This document shows positions 32,023 through 39,747 of a stretch of DNA of 39,747 nucleotides, in pieces; positions within the stretch are counted from its first letter, which is position 1; each line of letters starts with the position of its first letter. The stretch spans positions 1-39,747 of the forward strand of contig JAZBOO010000127.1 in NCBI GenBank assembly GCA_036351155.1, in the 5' to 3' direction. Origin of the DNA: Candidatus Krumholzibacteriia bacterium (GTDB taxonomy: Bacteria; Krumholzibacteriota; Krumholzibacteriia; LZORAL124-64-63). The notes below the pieces were generated by a model. The model searched no databases. It was given only the letters and a program-made list of their open reading frames with translations, and was not told the origin of the DNA. The translations under genes and the position numbers were made by a program.

Positions 32023-33597
32023 TCATCCGGCAGAGCGAGGGCGAGGCCAGATCCGGGGCAGAGCCAGGATGGCCCCGCTGCCCAGGACCAGCAACAGCCA
32101 GCCCGGAGCCCCATAGCCCGCCGGGAGAAAGCCCAGAAAAACGGCCGCCGCCGCGGTCAACAGGGCATAGGGCAGCTGGGTGCGCACGTGGTCGTGGGGA
32201 TCCACCCCGCAGCTGATGCTGGTGACGATGGTGGTGTCGCTGAAGGGCGAACAGTGGTCTCCGAACACCGCCCCGCTGAACACGGCGGCCACCACCAGAT
32301 GCAGCTGGGGTTCGGCGGCCCCGAGGCTGACCGCAGCGGGAATGGTCAGGGGAAAGAGCAATCCCATGGTGCCCCAGCTGGTCCCGGTGGCAAACGAGAC
32401 CAGGGCACCGGTGAGGAAAACCAGCGAGGGGACCCAGGCCAGCTCCCCACCGCGCTGGGCCAGGGAGGCGATGAGCTCGGCGGTGCCCAGGGCGCTGATG
32501 ACGCTGCCCAGCATCCAGGCCGCCACCAGGATGAACACCGGCAAAACCATGGCCCGGAACCCCCGCCCGAAAGCCTGAACGGCCGGCTCCCACCTGGCTT
32601 TACCCAGGCGCGGAAACAGGATCAAGGCCGCCACCGAGGCGGTGACCGCTGCGATCACCATGACCAGGGGCCCGGCATCGGATCCGAAGGCGGCCACCAC
32701 CCGGTCCCGGGTCATGGGCCACGGCGTACCCTCTGTGCCCAGCACCAGGAAGCCCGCGAAAAAGGCGAGGATCAGGACCGCCAGCGGCACCAGGGCCGCG
32801 GTCATGGGGCCGCCTTGAACCTCCGGGTCGGTGGCCGGGATGCGTGCGGTGGCCTCCCGGTCAAAGGCGGCCATTGGTCCGGGATGAAATCGCTGGCGAA
32901 TGGCCACCCATAACATGACCAGGGTGAACCAGCAGTAGAAGTTCAGGGGTAACGAGGCCAGGAACACGGCGTAGGGATTCACGTCGTGGCCGGCCTGGGC
33001 GAAGGCCGTATCGATCATGCTGAGCTGGAAGGCGATCCAGGTGGAAATGAGGGCCACGCAGGCCACGGCGCTGCTGGTCGAATCGGCAATATAGGCCAGC
33101 TTGACCCGGGCCACGCCCGCACGATCGGCCAGGTTGCGTCCCACTCGGCCCACCAGCATGCTGTTGGCCAGGCCATCGAAAAAGCAGAGGAGGCCCAGCC
33201 CGGCCGCGGCCGTTTCCATGCGGCGGCCGGTACGGTCGGGAGGGTTGCTGAAGCGGCGCAGCAGGGTGGTGAACCCGCCGCCTTCTTCGAGAACCGCCGC
33301 AAAACCTCCGAGGATCAAGGTGAAGGCCACGGCGCCAATTTTCCAGGGGCTGGTCAGTCCCGGCAGAAGATGCTCGGGCAAAAGTGAAATCAGGGCGGGG
33401 ACGGGGTTGCCGCCCTCGAGCAGGATGGCTCCGGCCAGAGCTCCGGCCACCAGGCCCCACAGGGCCTGGCGAAACACCAGGATGACGGCCAAAGCCACCA
33501 CCGGCGGCCAGAGGGCCCCGGTGACATGGCCAGACCACCCCAGCACCACGGTCAAGGCCGTCATCAGGATCAGAAAAAGCCAGCGCCCTCGGGCCAC
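32023..33597 (-). CDS. NhaC-family Na+/H+ antiporter-like transporter (524 aa)
   Basis: FFDGLAN, KLAYIADSTS, SFATGTSWGT, GAVFGDHCSPFSDTT, HVRTQLPYA; GTG start at 33597 after AGGAGG. Confidence 0.88.
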   Translation of the reverse strand: MARGRWLFLILMTALTVVLGWSGHVTGALWPPVVALAVILVFRQALWGLVAGALAGAILLEGGNPVPALISLLPEHLLPGLTSPWKIGAVAFTLILGGFAAVLEEGGGFTTLLRRFSNPPDRTGRRMETAAAGLGLLCFFDGLANSMLVGRVGRNLADRAGVARVKLAYIADSTSSAVACVALISTWIAFQLSMIDTAFAQAGHDVNPYAVFLASLPLNFYCWFTLVMLWVAIRQRFHPGPMAAFDREATARIPATDPEVQGGPMTAALVPLAVLILAFFAGFLVLGTEGTPWPMTRDRVVAAFGSDAGPLVMVIAAVTASVAALILFPRLGKARWEPAVQAFGRGFRAMVLPVFILVAAWMLGSVISALGTAELIASLAQRGGELAWVPSLVFLTGALVSFATGTSWGTMGLLFPLTIPAAVSLGAAEPQLHLVVAAVFSGAVFGDHCSPFSDTTIVTSISCGVDPHDHVRTQLPYALLTAAAAVFLGFLPAGYGAPGWLLLVLGSGAILALPRIWPRPRSAG

Positions 33598-33598
33598 G

Positions 33599-34990
33599 TC
33601 ACGCCTCCTGGGCCAGGGGCTGAGGGTTGTCCTTCGCCATCTTGTCCACCATGCGCATGGCGTAGACCACGGCGATGGCGGCGGCCGACCAGGTGATGCC
33701 GAACACACCCCACCAGATACCATCGATGCCCCAGCCAAGCACGCGCTCGGCCAGGGTGAACACCAGGAAGGGCGCGGCCAGCTGACGGTAGGCTCCGATC
33801 CACAGGGCGAACATGGGTTTTTTCAGGCCCTGCAGAACCGAGGTGTTCACGAAGAGCAGCACGTAGGCGTACTCGATGAACGCGGCAATGCGCAGGTAGT
33901 GGGTGCCGATGGCGATCACCTCGGCGTCGTCGGTGAAGAAGTCCATCAACGGCCGGGCTCCGAAGAAGATCAGGGCGGTGCCGAAGACCATGATGACGCC
34001 CCCGTACTGCAGCGCCTTGCGGACGGTCTGACGCACCCGATCGAAGCGGCCGGCCCCGCTGTTCTGGGCGGCCAGGGTGAGCACCGCGATGTTCAGTCCG
34101 AGAGCAGGCAGTAGAACGATCTGCTCGATGCGCGTGGCCACCCCGTAGGCCGCGACCACGGGCTGACCGAACCGGCTCAAGAAGTAGGTGATGATGAACA
34201 CGCCGATCGCCACGGTCATCATGTTCAGGCTGGCGGGAATGCCCTGGCCCATGATGGCCCGCAGGGTGGGCCAGTGGGGCCGCCAGCGGGCGCCGGTGCT
34301 GCGCCACAGCAATCCGGTGCGTCGGGCCCGGATGCCCAGAAAAACCATGCCGCCCGACTGCGCCATGATGGTGGCCAGGGCGATGCCGCCCACCCCCATG
34401 GAGGGCACCCCCAGTCCACCATACATGAACCAGGGGTCCAGGACGATGTTGGCCAGGGTGGCCACCAGCAGGTAATCGCGAAAACTGCGCGTGTCGCCGG
34501 TGCTGTTGAGGATGCCGTTCAGCTGGTAGAAAACGAACACGAACCCGCAGCCCAGCAGGATGATGTTCATGTATTCCAGGCAGATTTCCAGGTACTGCCC
34601 ATCGGCTCCGAGCAGCCGGAAGAGGGAGGGGGCGGCGAGGAAGCCGGTGGTCATGACAAAGGCGGTCAGAAAAAGGCTGAGCACCAAACCTTGACTGGAT
34701 GTGCAGGCGGCCTCGCCGCGGTCGTCGCGCCCCAGGGCATTGCCGATCAGCGCCGTGGCACCGGTGGAAAAGCCCGAACCCAGGGCGAGGAATGAGAAGA
34801 ACACCGGAAAACTCAGGCTCAGGGCGGCCAGCGCCTCGGTGGACCAGCGGCCGGCATAGAAGGTGTCCACCACGTTGTACATGGTGTTGAAGAAAAGGCC
34901 CATCGAGGCGGGGATGGCCAGCTCACGAATCAGCCCCGGGATGGGGGCCGTGGTCAGGCGGTTGGTGCGGCTGGGGGCACTGGGTTCCAT
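33599..34990 (-). CDS. MATE-family efflux transporter (463 aa)
   Basis: LAIPASMG, YNVVDTFYAG, NIVLDPWFM, AAYGVATRIE, QNSGAGRFDRV. Confidence 0.9.
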   Translation of the reverse strand: MEPSAPSRTNRLTTAPIPGLIRELAIPASMGLFFNTMYNVVDTFYAGRWSTEALAALSLSFPVFFSFLALGSGFSTGATALIGNALGRDDRGEAACTSSQGLVLSLFLTAFVMTTGFLAAPSLFRLLGADGQYLEICLEYMNIILLGCGFVFVFYQLNGILNSTGDTRSFRDYLLVATLANIVLDPWFMYGGLGVPSMGVGGIALATIMAQSGGMVFLGIRARRTGLLWRSTGARWRPHWPTLRAIMGQGIPASLNMMTVAIGVFIITYFLSRFGQPVVAAYGVATRIEQIVLLPALGLNIAVLTLAAQNSGAGRFDRVRQTVRKALQYGGVIMVFGTALIFFGARPLMDFFTDDAEVIAIGTHYLRIAAFIEYAYVLLFVNTSVLQGLKKPMFALWIGAYRQLAAPFLVFTLAERVLGWGIDGIWWGVFGITWSAAAIAVVYAMRMVDKMAKDNPQPLAQEA

Positions 34991-35037
34991 GTGGCCTTCG
35001 TCTGCTGGGGGGATGGTGCTTTGACGAAGGCCACATG
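34988..35037. repeat. Perfect 15-bp inverted repeat covering the MATE RBS and start codon
   Basis: CATGTGGCCTTCGTC (34988-35002), 20-nt loop, GACGAAGGCCACATG (35023-35037). Confidence 0.9.
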
Positions 35038-35054
35038 ATAAGGGCGATGACGCC

Positions 35055-38000
35055 CTAACGCACAAGCATGAGTTTTCCCTGGACGATCTGGCCGTCCGCC
35101 AGCCGAGCCCGGGCCAGGTAAGTGCCGCTGGGAAGAGGGCGGCCGCCGTCATCCTGACCATCCCACAATGCCCCCTGTTCACCGGCGGGTGTCGGGCCAT
35201 CGACCAGGGTGCGCACCAGGCGCCCCTTCAGGTCATACAGGCACAGCTGGACACGCCCTTCCCTGGGATTGGCAAAGTGCACCACCGTCCGTGGGTTGAA
35301 GGGGTTGGGGTGGTTGGTCAGGCGCGCCACGGAAGCCGTCGGCAGCTGGTCCGGCGTGGCGGAGTACTGGTCCCCGTAAATCAGCGTGATGGGCAGGATG
35401 CGACCCGGCCGATGTTCGTTGCTGCGGAAGGCCACGTTGGCGTTGTGGTAGCCTTCGACCGTCAGGGTGGGGTCGATGAAGGCGGCGGCCTGAATCGAAT
35501 CATCCGGGGCGATGACCATGGTGGGAAGCACCACATCCAGCCAGGGGTCGGTCCAGCTGATGTCCTCGATCACCAGGGGCAAATCGCCGTCGTTGCAGAT
35601 CCAGAACAGCTCGGCCGTGGCCGTGGGTATCTGGCCCAGGGCGGTGGCCAGGTCCACCAGGCCGGCCCCGGTGTAATTGTCGCGCCCGGGCGAGGCCGGC
35701 GAGGCCACCAGGTCGGTGGCCGTGGTTTCCAGCAGCTCGCAAACCTGGGGCACCAGCAACTGGGGCGACCCGCTCCACAGCAGGCAGACCACCCCGGTGA
35801 TCAGGGGCGTGGCCATGCTGGTGCCGGAGTAGGTGATGTAACCGCCGTGGTTGCTGGTGCTGGTGACGTTGGCGCCCGGGGCGGCCAGATCGGGTTTCAT
35901 GAGGCCGGGGGTGTAGGGGTAATCGTGATAGTCCGTGTCGCCATAGGTGTTGTCGATGTCCCAGCTGGTGGGCCCGAAACTGCTCCCTTCCCAGACGGAG
36001 CCTCCCTGCACGGTGGCGCCCACGGTGATCACTCCGGTGGCTCCCCCGCTGGGAGCGTACCAGGGGCTGGGGCAATCGCCGGGACTGGCAATGTCGGTGG
36101 GCACGGCATGGTGGCCGCCGTAGTTGTCGCCATTGCCGGCGGCGCAGATCCAGGGCACGTCAATGCTCAGCAACAGCTCGGCGTTGTAACGATTGGCCGC
36201 CCGAATGTCGGCGCCGGCCTGTCCCCAGCCGCCGCTCAGACTGAACAGGTGAACCCCGTTGTCCAGGCCGAATTGCATGGCTTCGATCAGGTCGTCCAGG
36301 TACCCGGGCACCGCGCGCAGGGCCATGAGCGTGGCCCCGGGGGCGGCGCCGGTGGTGGTGCCGGACGCACCATTGCCCACGATGAGCCCCGCGGTATGGG
36401 TGCCGTGGCCCCAGTCGGTGTCGCCATCGTAGGGGTCGTCATCCTCGTCCACCGTATCCCAGCCGTGGTGGGGAAAGGCCGAACCGCCGTCCCACATGGC
36501 CGCACTCAGGTCGGGATGGTCGTAGGCCACGCCGCTGTCCAGGTGTCCGACCACGATGCCCTCTCCGGTCAAACCCTGGGCCCAGGCCATTTCGGCACCG
36601 ATCTCGGTCAGGTGCCAGGCTGTGGCTCGACTTTCGGTATTTGATTTGGTACCAAATGTTTGCGATTTAGTGTTGTCCAGGTACAACAATCCAACTTGCG
36701 GGTCTCCGGCCAGTTCCAGGATGTCCTCCCGGTTCAGACGGGCAGCAATGGTGCCGGCCAGCCACAGGGGTTTCCAGTCCACGGCGCGGTCCAGCCCCAG
36801 ACGAGTGGCCACGGCGGTCCGGGACTTGACGATCTGCCTCTTGGCGGCCTCGGTGATGACCTCGCGCCGGGTCATCTTGGCCGCGCCCTGAAGGGCCTGG
36901 CCCATGGCCACGGGATCCAGCCGTTCGGCCGGGACGATCATGACGCGCAGGCGCTCCTCGGCGGTCACGCCGGCCATGGCGGTGGCCAGTTCCGGGGCGA
37001 TCACCGGCAGGTGGGTTTCCTGGCGCAACAAGGGCTGGTCCACCAGCCGCCAGGCCTCGGAGCGCGGCATCTCGGGGATGATGGACTTGGTGATGTGAGG
37101 CCGTGAAAAACGCATCTCCGCAGCACCGGGCACCCAGGTCCAGGTGCGGGAAATGACGTTGTCGGATTCGTTGCTTTCCGGCACGCTGTCCAGCAGGTCC
37201 AGGGTGGCCGTGATCGTGTAGGTTCCCTCTTCCTCCACGAAGACCGGAAGCTCTTCCACCGGGAAGTAGCTGCCGGTGGCCATGCCGCCGGTCAAGGTCC
37301 ACGACCCCAGCAGAGTGTCGTCCAGCCGCAGGTCCAGGGCGAAGGGCTGGGTGAAATCGGCCAGCCCGGTGTTGGCCAGGGCGAAGCTGATGTAGGTGGT
37401 GTCCTCGCTGGCCAGAAAGCCGGAGGTGCGACTGGTGCGCACGATGTTGCCGACCAGTGCGTCGGACCAGCCCGAAGGAGTGAAGGCCGACAGGTTGGGG
37501 GCCACGAGCTGCCGGCTGGTGTAGACGTTGTGCCCCTGGGTGGGGAAGTCTCGGCGGTCGATCCAGGCCGCGCAGATGCGGTCGCCGGTGGCCACGCCGA
37601 AGCAGGAATGGAACATGGGTTCGACCCGCGGCTGCTCGGTGACGATTTCCACGTTCCCGAAAAAGTCGGAGTGTCCCGAGCCCGCACCCAGCCGGGCGGC
37701 CAGCTGGAACTCGTCGGCGCCGGGAGGGCCATCCAGCCACAGCACGCCCACCACCCCGTCCTTGACGAACACCGAAGGGCCCACGCTTTCGTACGGGTCG
37801 GCCACCAGGCCGATGGGGCCAAAGAAGGTGCCGCCGGCATCCCAGCTGTAGGTGTAGGTGATGTCGCCGTCCACGGTCAGTCCGTCGGTAAAGTCTTCCT
37901 GGTAAACCACATACACGTTGTCGCCCTGGCAGGCCAGCTGGGGGAAGCCACAGCTGTTGGGCGTGTAGCCGGTGATCAGGCCGGGGTCGCCAAAGCTACC

Positions 38001-39062
38001 GGTGAAGGCGTCGGTGGCCAGCAGGATTTCGGTCTCGCCGGTGTAGTAGTCCACCTCGGCGTTCACGAAATGTACGGTGCCGGCGTTCATGCCCACGTCG
38101 GGCCACAGGTCCTGGTAGCCGTCGGGCAGGAAGTAATCGTAGGTCACGGTCTGGCCCCCGTTGCTGGAAGCCATGAAGATCAATGTCCACTCGTACTGAT
38201 ACAGATCCCAGTTGATGGTCAACCAGCCGGCGGCGATGAACACCCTGGCAAAATCGCCGGCTCCGGACACGGCGATGCTGGGCGTGGCCATGGTCTCTTC
38301 GGTGCCCAGTCCCTTGACCCAGGCCCAGTCGGTGATGTCACCTGGCTGGGCGGTGCGTGCACGAAGAATCCACCCGTCGTCCCGGACCCACACCACATGA
38401 ATGTAGCCGCCACCGTCCACGGCGATTTCGGGGTGGTACTCATCGATGCTGCTCGAGGGCATTTCCTGCACGGTCCAGGTCAACCCTCCATCCTCGGATA
38501 CGGCGATGTGGATGTCGCGGTCGGTGCCGCCCAGATCCCGGGCGGCAAATACGGCATAGAGATTTCCCGTCAGGGGATTCTGGGCCAGGCTCACGTACTC
38601 GTCGTTCATGTTGGTGGGATTGGCCAGCAGCTGGTTGGCCGACCAGGGGAGATCGCGGCCGGCTGGAGCTTCGTCGCGCGGACCGCCCAGCATGGGCAAA
38701 CGCTGCCCGGCCATGCGCGTGGAGGTGCGCAATTGACGAAGGTAGGTGGGGTCGCCCAGGGCGGCGACCAGGGCCTGCTCTTCAGGCGTGAGGTTCTGCA
38801 CCGGCCCGGTTTCGAGGCCCAGTTCCAGGGTGAGGTCTTTTTCCTGGAAAGGGTGGTCCTGGCGATGAGGGTCGCCGGCCTGAGAAAAGGTGGTCCGGGT
38901 ATGTGGGGCCTTCTTGAGCTGCTGGGCGGAGGTCGCCGGGAAAGCTGGGAGCGGTCGCAAGGCCAGGGTCCTGCCGGGGTCTCGACTGACCGCGGCTGAA
39001 CCCCCGCTGGACCCCAGGATCAGCAGGGAGCATAAAAGGGGGATGAACATCCGACGTGGCAT
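35055..39062 (-). CDS. Large secreted S8 (subtilisin-like) serine peptidase with BNR/Asp-box region, CARDB-like domain and C-terminal FlgD-Ig/T9SS-type domain (1335 aa)
   Basis: Catalytic triad HLDSG / HGTHTAG / GTSMATP; SEDGGLTW, SSNGGQT, SWDAGGTF; ESNESDN; NHPNPFNPRT...YDLKGRLVRTL...WDGQDDGGRPLPSGTY...KLMLVR; AGGAG RBS. Confidence 0.9.
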   Translation of the reverse strand: MPRRMFIPLLCSLLILGSSGGSAAVSRDPGRTLALRPLPAFPATSAQQLKKAPHTRTTFSQAGDPHRQDHPFQEKDLTLELGLETGPVQNLTPEEQALVAALGDPTYLRQLRTSTRMAGQRLPMLGGPRDEAPAGRDLPWSANQLLANPTNMNDEYVSLAQNPLTGNLYAVFAARDLGGTDRDIHIAVSEDGGLTWTVQEMPSSSIDEYHPEIAVDGGGYIHVVWVRDDGWILRARTAQPGDITDWAWVKGLGTEETMATPSIAVSGAGDFARVFIAAGWLTINWDLYQYEWTLIFMASSNGGQTVTYDYFLPDGYQDLWPDVGMNAGTVHFVNAEVDYYTGETEILLATDAFTGSFGDPGLITGYTPNSCGFPQLACQGDNVYVVYQEDFTDGLTVDGDITYTYSWDAGGTFFGPIGLVADPYESVGPSVFVKDGVVGVLWLDGPPGADEFQLAARLGAGSGHSDFFGNVEIVTEQPRVEPMFHSCFGVATGDRICAAWIDRRDFPTQGHNVYTSRQLVAPNLSAFTPSGWSDALVGNIVRTSRTSGFLASEDTTYISFALANTGLADFTQPFALDLRLDDTLLGSWTLTGGMATGSYFPVEELPVFVEEEGTYTITATLDLLDSVPESNESDNVISRTWTWVPGAAEMRFSRPHITKSIIPEMPRSEAWRLVDQPLLRQETHLPVIAPELATAMAGVTAEERLRVMIVPAERLDPVAMGQALQGAAKMTRREVITEAAKRQIVKSRTAVATRLGLDRAVDWKPLWLAGTIAARLNREDILELAGDPQVGLLYLDNTKSQTFGTKSNTESRATAWHLTEIGAEMAWAQGLTGEGIVVGHLDSGVAYDHPDLSAAMWDGGSAFPHHGWDTVDEDDDPYDGDTDWGHGTHTAGLIVGNGASGTTTGAAPGATLMALRAVPGYLDDLIEAMQFGLDNGVHLFSLSGGWGQAGADIRAANRYNAELLLSIDVPWICAAGNGDNYGGHHAVPTDIASPGDCPSPWYAPSGGATGVITVGATVQGGSVWEGSSFGPTSWDIDNTYGDTDYHDYPYTPGLMKPDLAAPGANVTSTSNHGGYITYSGTSMATPLITGVVCLLWSGSPQLLVPQVCELLETTATDLVASPASPGRDNYTGAGLVDLATALGQIPTATAELFWICNDGDLPLVIEDISWTDPWLDVVLPTMVIAPDDSIQAAAFIDPTLTVEGYHNANVAFRSNEHRPGRILPITLIYGDQYSATPDQLPTASVARLTNHPNPFNPRTVVHFANPREGRVQLCLYDLKGRLVRTLVDGPTPAGEQGALWDGQDDGGRPLPSGTYLARARLADGQIVQGKLMLVR

Positions 39063-39182
39063 GGCAGCTCCTGATGAAAGGTTCTTTTATTGTAGAAATT
39101 ATATCATAAAGACCAAGGTATTGTCTATAAGATCAAAAATAATTAGAAAAAACTCCATCTGGGGCCTGGCGTATTCTGTTTA

Positions 39183-39198
39183 ATCGTTTATCTACGAT
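39183..39198. promoter_or_regulatory. Putative ArsR operator
   Basis: Palindrome ATCGT-TTATCT-ACGAT 35 bp upstream of the arsR start in an AT-rich intergenic region. Confidence 0.6.
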
Positions 39199-39233
39199 GT
39201 ACGATCAATATGTCTAACCGAGGAGTTCAAGCC

Positions 39234-39584
39234 ATGATATCCGACCCCACACCCTATGCGGATCCTGTGATCGAACTGGCGGAGATTGCCAGAGCCCTGG
39301 CTCATCCCGGCCGAATCCGCATCCTGGAAATTCTGGCCAGCCACAACTCCTGCTTTTGCGGACAGATTGTGGACCAATTGCCCCTGTCCCAGTCCACCGT
39401 GTCCCAGCACCTGCGGGAACTCAAGCGGGTGGGGTTGATCCAGGGAAAGATCGCGGGCCCTCACACCTGCTACTGCCTGGATCATGAAATGCTGAACCGT
39501 GCCCATGATCGCTTTCTGGCCATGTTCAAGGGGCTGGACTGTTGCCGTCCCCCGGAAAACCAAGGAGAGACCTATGCACTCTGA
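39234..39584 (+). CDS. arsR: ArsR/SmtB-family metalloregulator (116 aa)
   Basis: ARALAHPGRIRIL, SCFCGQIV, LSQSTVSQHLREL, CYC and a C-terminal CC; AGGAG before ATG 39234. Confidence 0.88.
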   Translation: MISDPTPYADPVIELAEIARALAHPGRIRILEILASHNSCFCGQIVDQLPLSQSTVSQHLRELKRVGLIQGKIAGPHTCYCLDHEMLNRAHDRFLAMFKGLDCCRPPENQGETYAL

Positions 39585-39747
39585 CAAGGATCTGAAAGAC
39601 ATCGTCAGAAAAAAATACAGCGAGATCGCCCTGGCCCAGGGACAGACGAACGAAAGTTGCTGTGGCCCCGGAGCGTCCTGCTGTGGCCCCACCGTCGGAG
39701 TGAACTTCAGCGATGATTACTCGGAACTGCAGGGATACTTGCCTCAG
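39574..39747 (+). CDS. arsM: Arsenite methyltransferase, N-terminal fragment (runs off the window end)
   Basis: Not in the ORF track. Reads MHSDKDLKDIVRKKYSEIALAQGQTNESCCGPGASCCGPTVGVNFSDDYSELQGYLPQ; the VxxKYxxIA...SCCG...DDY pattern fits the ArsM N-terminus; AGGAG RBS; overlaps the arsR end. Confidence 0.75.
   Translation, partial: MHSDKDLKDIVRKKYSEIALAQGQTNESCCGPGASCCGPTVGVNFSDDYSELQGYLPQ

Overview
High-GC bacterial chromosomal window of about 28 genes, with no tRNA, rRNA, CRISPR array or transposase. A FlgD/T9SS-type C-terminal domain, a TWG-x-x-K-x-x-Y-R tail and a GldA/F/G-like ABC system suggest an FCB-associated candidate lineage such as Krumholzibacteriota or Latescibacterota (inference). 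Left part: a Bacillus-like fatty-acid degradation operon (fadN-fadA-fadE) with a divergent TetR-type FadR and two FadR-like boxes, then methylmalonyl-CoA mutase mutA-mutB-meaB. Middle: a selenium-themed cluster. It holds an SLC13 permease, a peroxiredoxin whose peroxidatic codon is an in-frame TGA followed by a SECIS-like hairpin (the ORF track splits this gene in two), a CysRS with an unusual zinc-ribbon insertion, a PhnD-family ABC transporter of the putative selenate clade, a hybrid kinase, a threonine-synthase-like PLP enzyme and an SsnA-like amidohydrolase. Right part: a Gld-like ABC/DUF4340 operon preceded by a 188-bp imperfect palindrome, NhaC and MATE transporters (the MATE start is buried in a perfect 15-bp hairpin), a large secreted S8 protease, and arsR-arsM (truncated). 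All family calls come from motif recognition by eye; no database search was run.
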